DNA of 63,901 nucleotides, filler included, from Vannella sp. (GCA_023345925.1; 6 parts of 6 records of this genome joined end to end with filler, not necessarily neighbours in it), one strand, 5' to 3'. Numbered from the whole stretch's first letter, positions 35,330 to 49,200 are shown. Made by a program: numbers and translations. The notes: generated by a model not told the origin, from the sequence alone.

Positions 35330-35479
35330 ATGAGAAACAGAGGCTCTCTTCTAGAGGCTTCGTTAATCATTACTGTTGCTGCTATATTTGTGACGTTCAT
35401 TGCAATCAGTTCTCTCGCCCTCATGGTCAACATACTACCAATGGCCCCAGTTGCCACTCCTGAACATCCGAAGAGATGA
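35330..35479 (+). CDS. Putative 49-aa single-pass membrane microprotein (diverged twin at 34851-35012)
   Basis: MRNRGSLLEASLIITVAAIFVTFIAISSLALMVNILPMAPVATPEHPKR*. The upstream twin frame ends PLVAVATPGNPQR*. Confidence 0.4.
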   Translation: MRNRGSLLEASLIITVAAIFVTFIAISSLALMVNILPMAPVATPEHPKR

Positions 35480-35932
35480 ACGATTCCCTTCTCGTGGTTC
35501 CCAGGTGTAATCAACTAAATCCTCTTCGCTGGCTAGTAAAGCCGACTTGGAGATAAGGGCATGGGAAGGTTGATGAGGAGGTTGCTGTTTAGGATGCTCA
35601 ACCAAGTCGAAGGAGATCACCACCCGCGTCGGTATCGGCTTCACTGAGTAAAGCGGAAGGATGAACAAACAAAAGTCCTTGCATGCTGAACCCGCTTGTG
35701 GCGAAGGAACTCTGGTTCAAGCAGGGTGTTGACGTCCCGTGATCTCATTCCCCTCTTGAGCACCCGGTTCGGTATGGACCCTTACCCCAATCCATGCAGC
35801 ATCACTGAACTCGGGCCGCCAATCCGCGCAATCTGGTGCGAGAAGGGCGGCCACTCGATGCGAATGCCGGAGCGGATCGAGTTTGAGTGCGCCGATCTCT
35901 CAATCCTTCTGCGTGTGCTGAGAACGATATTT

Positions 35933-36713
35933 TTACATTGTATCGATGATGGCATCTCGAAGAGAGCCATCGAAGGTTTGGCCAACGCCATCTTGGAGCT
36001 GGAAGATGCTCTCGATCACGCTGATCTCCGTAGCAGTGGTGTCCAATCCACAGAAGGCAGACCAATCATTCACCACTAGACCTGCACCAAGGACATCTGA
36101 TCCCCGGTTGATCGTTCCAGCACACAGAGGAACCTGCAGTAGGGACGCCAATTCGTCTTGTTCTTCGATGGTGGTCTTGGGGTGGACGAGGGCTCCCCGG
36201 TTGCTCAAAACGCAGTAGCTCCCAACAAGGGCGTTACCAGCAATGTTGTGTCGGAAGACTTCCACACCCAACACGTCAGCAATGATCTCCTCCGTCTCCT
36301 AGAAAGAGGGTTAGCCAGCTAAACGAAGAAGGCGCGCAGATGCTCACCTTGTCAAGATCAGGATGTACCAAAGCGACGTGATCATTGGCAACGATCACGT
36401 TTCCAAGGGCAGAAAGGCGCTCTTCTACTCGTTGAACGATAACTTCGTCTGGAAGGGAGTTGCGGATGTGCAACATCTCCTGGTCTGTTGTGGTGCTGGG
36501 GAGAAGGAGTCCCTTCTTGTTACCAGCCGTAAGACGTCCAACGATGCGGGTACCAGTAATGCTGCACTTCACAACGGGAATATCAGGCAATTCGTCCTCG
36601 AACACGCGGAACTGAGTCTGTCCACCGTGCGCCACCAGGCAGTAGGAGTTGGTCAGGGTAGCGAACACACCGATCTCACTACTATTTTCAAAGCGCGCGC
36701 GGAAGGTGGCCAT
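35933..36713 (-). CDS. EIF6: Eukaryotic translation initiation factor 6, 2 exons
   Basis: [79 protein letters not shown]. Confidence 0.97.
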
Positions 36714-36849
36714 CAGGAGAGGAGAGCGAGCGAGTGGTCCGCAAGGCTGACGAAAATTTGCTTTATCCCCTTCCCCTTCTCACTTTCTTCTCTTTTGAAC
36801 CCGAATTCCTAATTTATTCGTAATTTCTCATTCAAGGTATTTTTCTGGT

Positions 36850-38208
36850 ATGCGGGAGAGGTGGGAGAGAGTGGTTTGTTGGGGTTGTCTGACAGAGTGT
36901 AGGACGTTGAAGTTTGCGGGTGTTGGCGCGTTGGTGATGGTTTTGGTAGTGCCGCTGGCTTGTTTGTACTATCTCCAGGTGTACGAGCCCGCGGCAGGGT
37001 ACTTGGTAGGTGAGGGAACCTTGGGAAGGGTGTTCTGACTGGATTGATAGGAGGATTGGACTCCAACGCAATGGTGTAGTATAGAAGAGATTCATAACTC
37101 TACAGAGTGCTCAGCTCCGGGGGCATCGAGGCATTGTGTATCGAGCTATTGCGTGATGACTCTTTCCTTCTTCTTGGACGGAAGGGCTCCTAAGAAGGCC
37201 CACCTCACAATGCCAGTCGATGTATGCTATCGTACTTATACTTTACACCAGTCTGTGGAGTGCCTCACCGACAGCCGGGAGCAATCAATCAAATTGACGG
37301 AGCCTCTTCAGTGTTTGGCCTACACAGGCTACACAGTTGCTGCAGGACTCATTCTGGTCGCCCTACCAGTGACCTTCTTCTTCCTCTTCATCACCTTACA
37401 AGTGCTTCAGGCGGCGTACCGGCTGTTTGCGAGAAAACATCGTGGAAGAGTGTTTCTCCTTCCCCCCTCCGAGTCAGGAGTCGTTAGAAAAGACCAAAGA
37501 GTCCAAGTTAACCTCAAAGAAGGCGTCAACAATGAGCTGCTTGATAGCGCACTGAGGTATGCGATTGTGGACTATGTTGCCCGAACTTCTGCAGCCAAAA
37601 GTGTGGATGTGGACCGATTGTACCAGTGGAACCACAACTCACCCTTTTCCTTTTCTTCCCTTTCTCTCAGTTTGGCTTCCTTGGCACTGTGGGTTGGATG
37701 GATGTGCATGGAAGTGATTATCTTATCTGAAGTGCCTAACACTCTTCTCTGCATTGGCGACTCATGGAACGGCCAGATAATCCCAGTAGTTGTTAGTATC
37801 TTAGCTTCTTATCTCAGCTGGTTCCTCTTTCTTGCTGGATTAGGCGGGCTTTTGCTTTCATTTTACCGAAACTATCGCAGCCGACGATACTTGGCAGTCT
37901 TTAACGAACACCTGGTGTACTTTAAGATGAGCATTCTCTTTGGAGATGTCGAGTTTGTTGATTCTCTGCGGGTCAAGGGAGTAGAGAACCCGGATTTCTT
38001 GATTATAAGAGATCTTTCCTTCTCCCCCACTCTGAAGATGGCTTGCTTGTGCCGTTGGCACCCTTTCCTCACTATCCAAGGCGAGGATGACGAGGGATTC
38101 ATCCGAGATCTTCGGATATGCGCTTTCAACGACCAGGCAGAAGCCATTATGCAATGGCTTAGTTCTTTCAGCCAATCCAAAATGGAAGTTATACAGGAAG
38201 ATCTTTAG
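36850..38208 (+). CDS. Hypothetical multi-pass membrane protein with Cys-rich loop
   Basis: The exon at 36850-37006 (TM helix) splices in frame to the 37050-38208 ORF, which has a Cys-rich loop and about 3 further hydrophobic segments. Confidence 0.6.
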
Positions 38209-39077
38209 CTGAGCTTACGATGAATGAACATCTTCTCTTCAAAGAGAATGCTTGGGGGAAAGCTACGATTGATTCCAGCAAAAGCTAAAATAGTTTCGTC
38301 AACTTCAAAGCCAGAAATGAATCTCAATTCGGAGATAACAAAGTCATATTGCTCATAGGAAGTGACCCCTTCGGTTTTCCAGTATCTGAAAGGGACGTGA
38401 GAAGAAACTGATGAATGGCGGGCCACTCACTGCCAAGTGGACCTGAACTCTTCTCCAAACCGTGAGGCTCCGCTCTGGGCTGCTGCGTTATCGATGTAGA
38501 CAGACATTCGTTCCCCTTCTATGATGAGAAATGGTAAGGTAAGTGCGAATTGGGCTTAGGTGGCACTAACTGAGAGAAACATGTTTCTGGTGAAGGGTTT
38601 GGAGGGCAACACCTCCTGGATAGTTGTTTGCTGAAATCCACAAAAGGCCGGCACTACATAGAGCAGTGGCAACCAAGAAGAGAACGAATACTCCTTGAAC
38701 AATCTGGTAGATCCCCTTCTTCCTTGCCAATCGGGATCTACATTCGATAAAGGTTAAGGAAGGACCAGGAGAAAGTGAATTTGACTAACATTCTTGTGAA
38801 CCCGACAGCTGCTGCAATACTAAGAATAGGCAGTGCATAGAAGATAAAGCGAAGCTCCTTATGGGCCAGATTGGAGTAAATCATGACGAAGAGTGCCACA
38901 GGGCGGAGAAGCCGATTCACTTTGGGATCCATTAAAGAGAAGGGGATGAATGCCAAGGTGAACATCATGGCCTTAGGAATGGCTGCAGTAAAATACCAAT
39001 GGAAAGGAGATGTTCCCCAGTTCACAGAGTGCCCAAGAACAGCATTATACCAAAAGACCACCCCTTCTGACCACGTC
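38205..39077 (-). CDS. ALG12: Dol-P-Man alpha-1,6-mannosyltransferase (GT22), C-terminal part
   Basis: WSEGVVFWYNAV...S.NWGTSPFHWYF, YSNLAHKELRFIFY, NNYPGGVAL and YIDNAAAQSGASRF are ALG12 motifs. Truncated by the contig end. Confidence 0.9.
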
Positions 39078-39177
39078 NNNNNNNNNNNNNNNNNNNNNNN
39101 NNNNNNNNNNNNNNNNNNNNNTTAATTAATTAANNNNNNNNNNNNNNNNNNNNNNNNNNNNNNNNNNNNNNNNNNNN
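39078..39177. other. Artificial contig linker
   Basis: N44-TTAATTAATTAA-N44. Confidence 0.98.
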
Positions 39178-41418
39178 GTAAGTTCTACGCGTGCCGGAAG
39201 GGAACTCAAACTCACAGTCACTCTTCAGACGGAGTCCTTTGTAATGGGATTGCCAACGGATAGCCCCGCTCGTGCAATGCTGCGAGTCGACGAATTCGTT
39301 TGGACTGCTGTGGGAAGCACGTTGTGGGTGTGGGACATTGCCTCTTGTGAATGTGTCCTGAAAGTAGACTCTTCGCTGGAGGAGAACATTTCTGCGTTGA
39401 TCCCTCTTGAACACAACTCTTTGGGAAGCCTCTCCTCTCATGCCATTGGCATATGGCACTTCTCTGCGACCTCTCCAGGTTCAATAACGTTGCGCGGGTC
39501 CTTCTAACTTCCTGCCTTTTGTATTTTACAGCTTTGCCTACCACTGGCTTGTTGCTCATCTCTTTTCTGATACAATTCAAAGTACACAGGTGTTTATCAG
39601 CGGCTTCACATCGCCCAATATGATATGTGATTAGTTCCTTAGCTTCTTTAGTCTGACAGAGCCATGGATGAGGCCAGTGGAAGGTCCAATGACCAACTCC
39701 ACCAAATTCATGATTTTCTCGGAGACTTTAATCAGCTCAGCTTCACTCTCGAAGCCTGCATAGAGACGGTACTTTCCCTGTTTGATTTCAAGAGCAAAGA
39801 TGTCCTCCTCTGGGAGAGAATGAGTCCTCGGTGCCACTCCAAGGGAATGCACTTACCTTGCTCCCGGTATTTGTGGGGACCGAGAAGGACTGCATTCTTA
39901 AGAGAAATAGTGAAGAGCTTATTACCTTTTCCAAAGGCAAAGAGGTCAGTAAAGACGTAATACTGGCCTCGCTGGAACTTGGACGCAGATTCCTGCCGAA
40001 CCCAACCACGACCATCTTGTACGTAGTGACGACCGCTGGTAATGAGATTCGTCTTATACGTGGTCCGGACTTCCTCAAAGTACTTCATATTTTCAATATC
40101 TCGCTGTCTCAGAGTCAGTCCCATTCCCAGTCCCATTCTGGATAAGTCTCACTTTGGCTTCATCTATCTGATGAACCGTATCACAGATGGTATCAAACGC
40201 TTGTCGTAGTGAATAGTAGTCTGGGTGAGTGTCTGGGGTGTTCTTGATCATCTCACGGAGAAGAAGAGGATATTTGCATACTCTCTGGACGGGTTTGATC
40301 AAGAAAGAGGGCAAGTCCAGGTTGTGACTCTCTGGACGAGATTGTGTATAGTTACAAAAGGACTTAAACTCCTTAATCTGCTCCTCTGTCAGGTCAAAAG
40401 AGCCTTCATCTTCGGGACCTGGCGGCTTTTTGCCCCTCGCAAGTGACACAAAGCGGAGGGCGGAGGTCTGATTGGAGCAATACTCTGAATACATCTTCAA
40501 GAACTGTCCTACTTGGAGGAAACAGTCCCCAATCATCCTTTCTGCATCGCTCTTGATCGCTTCGCGAGCTAATGACTCATAAAAGCGTAGATTGAGGTTG
40601 AAGAGGAGCTCAACGTTACTGAACACCGAGCGACAGTATTTCTTCTTCAGAATAGGCTTACAGGGTCCCTTGGCGCTCTCTCCACGCAAGGGTTTGATGT
40701 ACAGTTCGAGAAGCCTCTCGAGATCGCGCAAATAGTCCGCTTCTGTCTCCACTATCTCGTGTACTACCCGTTCACGGTCCGTAGGGTTCTCTGGAAGAGT
40801 CAAAGGGATTGCCTCAAAGCGTGCAGTGAGCCCACGAGCTCGTGGTTTAGCCGTCGGTGGGGGATCTTCCGCATTGGTCTCGATTTGGTGCCTCTTCCAG
40901 TTCCGTAGTCCTGGATCGATAAGTGTAGATACTGTGCCTTCATCAAATGAGTTGGAGCGTCTGCCTTTGCGCCCTTCTACCGAAGGCATGTCGGACCTCG
41001 CCCGTTGAGGGGCTCCTTCTTCTCGTGGAGGCCTCACTATCTTATCTGTACTCGACTGACAACGCTCTTGACGCACTGGCTTCTTCTTTCGCTCCCGGAT
41101 GGAGCTGAGCAAGGCGGTTCGAACGCTTTTAGGGGTGCGGGGCGACCGTTCAGGCGAGTCCACGGAGAGCGACCCTCCGAGGGGTAAAGGTGGTGCAGGT
41201 GCATTGCCCACGTTAAGGTTCTTCGAGAGAAGCTCTGCACGGATCTCAGCAATCGTGTTTGTTGGAAACTGTTGCGCCGCGCGTAACTGGGGTGAACCCG
41301 GACCCCGACCTTGCGTTGGACTATCCGTGGGGGAGACCGCTTTGGGCCTTTGAAGAGCGTTCATGAACGAGGCAGGAACCGAACTTCGCCGGCCCCCTTC
41401 CACTTCAGACCGGTCCAT
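39178..41418 (-). CDS. Dbl-family RhoGEF (DH-PH) with beta-propeller-like C-terminus, 3'-truncated
   Basis: RERVVHEIVETEADYLRDL, FSNVELL, YSEYCSNQ and SFLIKPVQRVCKYPLLLREMIKNTPDTHPDY. A PH-like segment follows a short intron at ~40105-40152. Confidence 0.9.
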
Positions 41419-41923
41419 CCAAAAATGAAAAACTAAGCACTCTGTCCCATAGAGTCTCTGTTTGACACAGATTAAATGGCGAGTTGGCCAAATATGAAAC
41501 GGAAAGTGGTCACAGCATTGAATTTTGTCCGCAGAATTCAATTGGTGGCGCGATGTCGGAGTGCCAGAGTGCCAGAGTGGAGCTCTGTTCTTAAGCAACT
41601 GGTCACTGCAGGTCGCGCTTTGCCAGTTGAACGTTTCGTGGAGGTGAGAGGAGCGCGAAACCTGGTGCTTTTCGGTAACTGGCGACCCCATCATGTGGCT
41701 TGAGAGCAAAAGATTGAGCATTACGATCCCTTGTTAACTTAAACCGGTGAATCAAACATGGAACAAGCATAGGGCATACTCTACGTTCAGAAATCGGACT
41801 TCTTGACCCTCATTCGAGAAGTAAGTCATCCATCCAGTGCACTTTCAGGAAACTCCTTGTTTCTTATAACCACCCACCACAAACATAGGATGGAGGAGCG
41901 AGTAACATGCCAAGGAGCCCTGT

Positions 41924-43697
41924 TTAATGAGAATGTTGGCGGGAATGGATCATCCGCTGAGGGGGAGGAGAGTCCAAGAGATGAGCGTTGTTCATATCTA
42001 GATCGAGAAGGCAAGAGTCTCGCTCATCCTCGGAGATGGAGACTCTTCCAGAAGACCGAAGAGGAGACGCAATGCGGGTCAGAGACTCTTCTTGGATAAG
42101 TCTGCTGGCCGTCGTTGGGATCAAATCCAGGGCCAGCAGTGGATCTGAAGTCGTTCTTGTGCCTCTTTCATTCGAAAAGGACTTAAAAAGCACCTCTGGG
42201 TGTCCCATCAGTCGCCGTCGAGCCGGAGATTCGGACACCAAGCAGAAGATGATCACCGTAGCGACGATTGACGAAGCTACAGAAGTGATAATCGTCAGCA
42301 GGATCTCTGTGGAACGCTGGTTTTGCACCACTGCCAAGCCAGCTTCCACAACCTTCATCTTCTTTTCCATCCGCAGGATGGCGGCTGAAGCGTCCTTGAA
42401 CTGTTTCAAACTCTTCAAAACCAGAACAATGAGACTCCTGGGTATACGTGGATGCGTTGTAACGTACCGATTCCTGCGATTCGGAGGAGTTCTTCAAAAC
42501 CTCAAAGAGTGAGTTTGTCTCCATGCGATGGCGTTGGTCGCTTTGGAACTTCTTTTCGCATGAGCTTCGAAGCTCATCCATATACTTTCTGAGCAGGGAG
42601 TGTCGCATCTCCAGCTTGGTGACTGCGAAGAGAATCAGCTTAAAATGGAAAACAGAATAGTCTCTTACTGTGCTTGGCCATGTCAGCAAAGATATTGGAG
42701 CTGGGCAAAAGGTTGTCCTCTGAGTCTCGGTCTTGAAATGGAGCATCTTCAGTGAGCTGCTCAAGAGCTCGCAACGCAGCAAGAACGTCCTCCCCCGCCG
42801 GACTCGTTTCTCCCAAGGAAAGGTCCTCCATATCAGATACAAAAGGAGACTCTTTGTCATACAAGTCACTGAGATGAGTTGTCCTGCCGTTGGTCGCCTC
42901 TTTGATGAGTCTATTGAAGGTATTGAGTTCGCCTTGGGCCAGTTCCACTTGTTCTCGGAGGTCCTCGACCAGAGTGTGTCCATAGACCTTTAGTAACGTG
43001 ATAGGACAGTAGTATTCGTGTCCATAGTGACTCTGGAACTCCACCTTGAGGTATCTAAGGTGGGAATCAGAGGGAGGGAATGTCACTGGCACAGAAACTC
43101 TTCTCTCACCGGTAGATGCCCTTCTTTTCGATGTAGAACGTTTGCTTGGCACGTATGTTCTCCGCTTGAAACGTTTCCAAGGTGATCCACTCGAGACTGG
43201 GGTGTCTGGAGCCTTTTTGAGTCTCGGGCAAGGACAAGATTGGGTACTACGCGATGCTCTCACCTCTTACTCCCAGATACTGTGAATTGCTGAAGATTAG
43301 AGGAAAAGTGCTCCATATTGGCTACTGTTAGGGACTCAACAGCGATCTCTTCGCAGAGTTCTAAGACAACCCAGTTGTCCCTCCCACAGATACCGAGCAT
43401 GTACGTGTCAAAGGAGCCAGAGAGGATGTTGTCAGCACCCTTACAGAAAGCTGAACTCTCTAGAATCTTCGCTCCGCACTGCTCCGCTGCGTAGTTGAAG
43501 CGGAGAGCCTCCTCGACTCGAGAAGTCCCTTCCACACTCTGATTCGCCTCCCTCTCCGGTCCCCGCATCACAGGCCCTTCCAAAGGCTTCTCTTGCAGCA
43601 CCTGCCTCTCTTGAACCGCACAAGCTCCCCTCACAGCCTCCTCTGCGACCAAACAAGCCACCAACCACGTCAGAAGGATCCACCAGACCCTCCTCAT
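41924..43697 (-). CDS. Mid-SUN (Sad1/UNC; Slp1/SUCO-like) ER membrane protein
   Basis: Signal peptide, RFNYAAEQCGAKIL, VLELCEEI, ANMEHFSS and RYLKVEFQSHYGHEYYCPITLLKVYG, then a coiled coil and a C-terminal TM. Several introns. Confidence 0.88.
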
Positions 43698-43775
43698 GCT
43701 CCCAGACCCTTCCCAATGACTCCAGCATGACCCAAAGCACCCACCAATAAGCTTCTCGGGTCAGTTTCTCGAGGG

Positions 43776-46154
43776 ATGAAGGTGGAGAGGCGCGGCGGCT
43801 TCCTTCGGACGATCGAAGAGGACAAGGACGGGGCGATCAGCAGTGGGGACGAGGCGGATGATGGAGCTACGGAGGTGGATAACACCTTCCGCTTTGAAGA
43901 TGAGGACGTGCTGCTCCTCCCGCGAGCGGGCTGGGGGACGGCGGGGCAATCGGTAGGAGCTCTTGTTGGTTGCTGTTCGCTGGAATGCTGACTGCTTGGG
44001 CTTGGTTTAGAAGCAGATGAAGGTAGAGGCTGTTCCGTTGGGAAAGCGAGGCCGGAAGGACTTTAAAGAGGACAGCAGTGACGAGGAAGAGGAGGATGAG
44101 GAGGATGGAGATGAAGAGGATGGAGAAGGAGGCGAGGATCGAGCTGTTGAGTCAGAGGATGAGGGAGAAGACATTGAAAACGAGGAAGACGACTCTGAAC
44201 AAGGGATCGAAGAGCAGGAAGGCGACGAAGAGCCCGCCCCGATCACTGATCAAGACGAAGTTCCTCAGAACGATGAGGAGGACGACGATGCGGGTGTCGA
44301 TGATGAAGAGGAAGAAGGTACACCTCAAACCTTCCCTGATCTTCGCCTTTCCAAGGCGCTGTTGAAGGCGTGCACTGCGTTGAACTACGAAAAGCCAACT
44401 CCGATTCAACGTCGCTGCATTCCTGTCGTCCTTGCTGGCAAGGATGTATGCGGATCAGCTCATACAGGATCAGGTACGTTCTCCTTGATTGATGGAGCTT
44501 CCACTCACTTGTGGAACCAGGAAAGACAGCCGCCTTCATGTTGCCCGTGCTGGAGCGCCTTCTGTATCGACCTAAGCGCATTCCTATCTGCAGAGTGCTT
44601 GTACTGACCCCCACACGTGAGCTGGCGGCCCAGTGCCACGCAATGACCGAGCAATTGGCTCAGTTCAGTGACATCCGATCCTGTTTGGTGGTCGGCGGGC
44701 TCTCTAACAAGACACAGGAGGCGGCGTTACGTGCTAGACCTGACATCATAGTAGCTACACCTGGTCGCATGATCGATCACTTGCGCAATGCGCAATCCAT
44801 CACCCTCGAAGGTGTCGAAGTCCTCATTCTCGACGAAGCGGACCGTTTGTTGGACATGGGCTTCACTGAAGAGGTCAAGGAGATCGTTAAGTCATGTCCT
44901 AAGGGGCGCCAGACGCTTCTTTTCTCCGCCACGATGAGCCGGAAGGTGATGCAGCTCGCCTCCATCTCTCTGAAGGAGCCAACGTACATCTCCGTTAACA
45001 AGCAGCTGACAGTAGCTTCTGGCCTGCGACAGGAGTTCATTCGGATCAAGGAGGCGAACGAGGGAGACCGGGAGGCCATGCTTATCGCCCTTTGCCAAAA
45101 GACTTACAAGAAGCAGGCGATCGTTTTCGTCCGCTCCAAGCGGTACGCTCACCATCTGCGCATCCTCTTTGGCCTGTTTGGCATCAAAGCTTCTGAGCTA
45201 CACGGCAACTTGACTCAGTTGGGCCGGCTCGAAGCGCTGGAGGACTTCCGGGATGGTCGAGTTGGCTTTTTGATTGCCACTGACTTGGCATCGCGCGGGC
45301 TGGACATTGAGGGTATCCAGACAGTGATTAACTTCAATATGCCTCGTTCTCATGCTCAGTATGTGCATCGCGTGGGTCGAACGGCTCGTGCAGGTCACAT
45401 TGGAAGTGCCTGTTCGTTCTTAAGCGAGGATGACCGGCCCTTGTTAAAGGAGATCATCAACAAGGCTATTGGGACGAACGTTAACCAACGCAAGTTACCT
45501 ACTGCCACAATCGAGAGGCTCCGGGACCAAATTCACTCTTTCCAGGCAGACATTGAGCGCGTTATGGAGCAAGAAAGGGACGAAAAGGCTATTGGACGAG
45601 CAGAGAGGGAGATGAAGAAGTTAGAGAACATCGTAGAGCACCAAAAAGAGATCCAAAGTCGCCCCAAACGCACTTGGTTCCAATCAGAGAAGGAAAAGTC
45701 GGACGCAGCCAAGCGATCGAAGATTGCCATGTTTGGAGAGGAAGTGGTCGAAAACGCTTCTTCAAAGCAGGTAGAAGGAGATGAGCCAGAGGAGTTCCTT
45801 TCCAAGCGCCAGTTCATGCGAAAGATCCGCAAAGAGCAGGAAGTGAAGAAGTCTCAGCGAGTCCAAGACAACAAGAAAAAGAAGAGGAAGGAACTTCGCG
45901 AGCAGGCAGAAGCACCGGCTATCTTGAAGGGCGTGAAGGCTTCTAAAGCATCTAACAAGCCAGTCAAACTCAACACGGTTATGAGCCACGGCAAGAAGAA
46001 CGCCACTTCGTCATCCACTTCCGGCAAGCCCCCGCGCAAGAAGAAGAAGACAAACGTCTTCTCCCCTGGTTCCAAGGATGCTTCCTCCAAAGGACCAAGC
46101 AAAGAGTTCAATTCCGGCTCCTTCAAGTCCAAGAAGAAGTACAAGAGACGATAG
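43776..46154 (+). CDS. DDX27: DEAD-box rRNA-biogenesis helicase DDX27/Drs1
   Basis: Acidic N-terminus, PTPIQ, TGSGKTAAF (split by an intron), PTRELAAQ, ATPGRMIDHLRN, DEADR, SAT, HRVGRTARAG, RPKRTWFQ and terminal FKSKKKYKRR. Confidence 0.93.
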
Positions 46155-46234
46155 ACACTGGCGCACCAGTAACTCTTCCCACTCCCCTGTAGGAATGAAG
46201 AAGCCCTCTTTAGGTCATATCCAATACTCGAGTG

Positions 46235-49200
46235 ATGTCTTTGGAAGGGTCTGAGCAGGAAAGGGCCAGTGAATCCTCATTTCCTGGTGGGATGGAGGCG
46301 AAGGCGGGGCGGCTTCCTGTGGGGGAAGCGGCGGCTTTAGCAGTGAAGCACGCGAGGGAAATGAAGAAGGAGGTGACAGAAGGGACCAAGGCAGCTTCCT
46401 TGGCGATGAGGAGCCTTCAAGAGATCCTTCTTCGTCCCGAAAGGAGCGAAGAGCCTGCTGAGCTGCTCGTTTTACTGCTAGAGAGGCTTCCATTGGAAGA
46501 GACAGCATACAGGACATCATCTCCGTTCTTAGTGTTGTCTTGGTTGTTGCAAACAGTCCCTTTGAAGACGATCGAGCTGTATTCTCACTTCCTTCGCTCG
46601 CCAGAGGCTGATACGAAGCTTCTCCTTCGTTGGAGTTGCTACTGGGATCAGCTCATCGATCAACAACGACAGATGTCACTGCTGTCAAGGAAGGGAGGGT
46701 CCAAACCTACTCGTGGGATCATAACGGAGGAATCCAGAGGGCTTGTGGCCTCTTTTGAGGTGTTTTCCTCTATGATAGGGGCAATACTGGACGCCATGAT
46801 CTTTCATTCAGCAATGAAAGGCACCCAGAAGGTCTTCACCCGCCTAAGTATGTCTTTGGCGCTGTCGATTTGGAATACTGTTGGTTTTGTTGCTTCTGGC
46901 ATTGCACAAGGGGCTTCCTCTTCTCTTTTGTTCCATTCTGATAGCTCTCTCCATCTCTTTCTATCAACTTATCGAAAGCTCCAACCGCTTGGACAACTCT
47001 CGAGGCAAGAAAGCGTTTTAAGTCAGTTGGAAAGTCAATTTTCCATTTGGACTCAAATCCTGGAGGGCGAGAGAAGGAAAGGAGGAGATGCTGAGTTAAG
47101 TCTGAAGCAGGAGTTGGCTACAAGGTGGCAAGACTACTCTGCATCTCTCCTTCTTGCCAGTCGTCCTGAACCAAAAGAGCGGAAAAAAAGTGTCCAGCTC
47201 CGTCGGAGATTCCTTCGCCAGTATATTGAAAGTTTGAATGATTCAGTCACCAAAGGAGAACTCAATATGGCATATCACTACCTCTTATGCACCAGTCTCT
47301 TATTATGCCGCCTTCAATCCAAAACGCTTTTTGCCAAAGAACTAGCCAACGCCACCCTTATAGGATCACTTCAGACTCTCTTAGTTCGTAATTCCCGCCA
47401 CTTGAAGAGCCGGACTAACAGATGGAGCTTTGTAGCGGAACGCGAAGAGAGAAGATGTTTCTACATTGGCAGGAGAGCTGATGTGTTTGGTTCTTGCCAA
47501 TACAATCGCACCCAGCCAGTGCAAAGACCAAGAAGAAAAGCTTTTCTTGCTGTTAGAAGAGCAGGATGCTGTATCTGAGTCTGTAGTAAGCCTGCTGGCT
47601 CATTTAATCTCGGAGGAACCTTCCAGACACTTTGTCCGTTTGTTTGGAAGCTTAAAAGATGCAAAATCATCTGATGTGGTCAAAGTGAACTACATTCGAC
47701 TTCTGGCAGCCCTGATTCGGCTTATGGGGAACCAGAAAGAGACCTCACTGAAACTTTCGATTCACTTACAGCAGCAGCTCATTCGTGCTGTGCTATCAGA
47801 TGTGGACAATATCTCGTTATTACTACGAGATGAAGTTGAAAAGCTCTTCATTCTCGTCTCTCCTTTGGTCCTGCTTCCACAACTGATTCCTTTCTTGATT
47901 CAGGATCGGACGGATGCCCGAACTCGTTCTCTCCTTCTGGGCTTTTACAAGAAGGCTCTTGTGAATGGCACTTTTCCGACTGAAATTTTAGAGGCACTGA
48001 TTGGGACTGTCCGCCATCCTTCAATGGAGAAGGAAGACCGAGCCATTCAACTACCTTCTGACTTTGTCGCTAATTCGGGATCTCTGGAGTCTCCAGAGAG
48101 AGACCTGCGTATCAAAAATCTGTTTGAAGTGATTCCTGAATGGATTGAACATCTTCCGGAGTCTTGCAGAGGCCCTGTCTTGTTGTATTTGGCTCAACAG
48201 CAATTTGATCATTCGCAGTGCTCTTCTCTGGTTGCTTTGTCAAGCAAATGCGGGGCTCTTTTCCTTACAGAAAGCGATCTCTTCCTTCAATTGATTGCTG
48301 ATAAGCTCAAAAAAGAACTCCAAAGCGACTGTCCAGCAGAGGAAAGTGTCTTTGAATTGTTATCTCCTCTTCTAATGCTTCGTGTTGCGCCATTGAGCTG
48401 CTTTAACGAGTCGAATTCTGATAGTCAAGTATTAGATATTCTTTGGAATCTATTCAACAGCCCCTTGGTCGTGAAGGACATCCGAAAAGTTGCAGCTGAA
48501 GTTCTCGCTCGTTGGCCCATCAATTCCTTTTTTCTTCTGGTTTTAGAGGATTTCAGGTCTTCCGTATCACCGAAGAGGAACCCGGAAAAGACCAAAATGT
48601 GCTTGTTCTTTTTTTGCCACTTTATCACTCTGCACCAACGAAACCCAGCAGTGGTAGAGAACGTGGCGATCATATTAGGACATCTGAAGGTGCTTTTGGC
48701 CCTTTCAGAAGATACAGAAGAGACGAAAGCTATTCAAATGGGGAGTACGGACTGTGTTGGAGTTCTCTTTCAAAGTGTTATTGCAACAGAGAGCGTCTCG
48801 CTGGTACAGGGTTTTTGTGAGACTGCATTTAACCACCAAGAATCTAAAGGATTGGCAACGTTGAAGGTTATAAGTGGAATGATTAAGCCTATTGGTGAAT
48901 TGGGCCCTGCAGGGTTGAGGTTCTTGGCTTCCAACACTTTCCCAACTCTTCTCAAGAGCATTTACGATTCTTTCCATGCAATGGCAGGAAAAGTCGATCC
49001 ACTGTGGCTTACTGGATTACTTCAATTCTTGTTCGTCACAGCTTTCCATTTGAAAGAAGATGCCGAATGCTACGGACCAGAACTCTTCGCCTGTGCGTTA
49101 GACAGCTGCTGCCAATCCCACGATGGACTTCGCCTTGGGGGGCTGAAGATTCTGGGGTCTCTCATGAGTGGATCTGGAGTCCAGGAGATCGTTTCACGAC

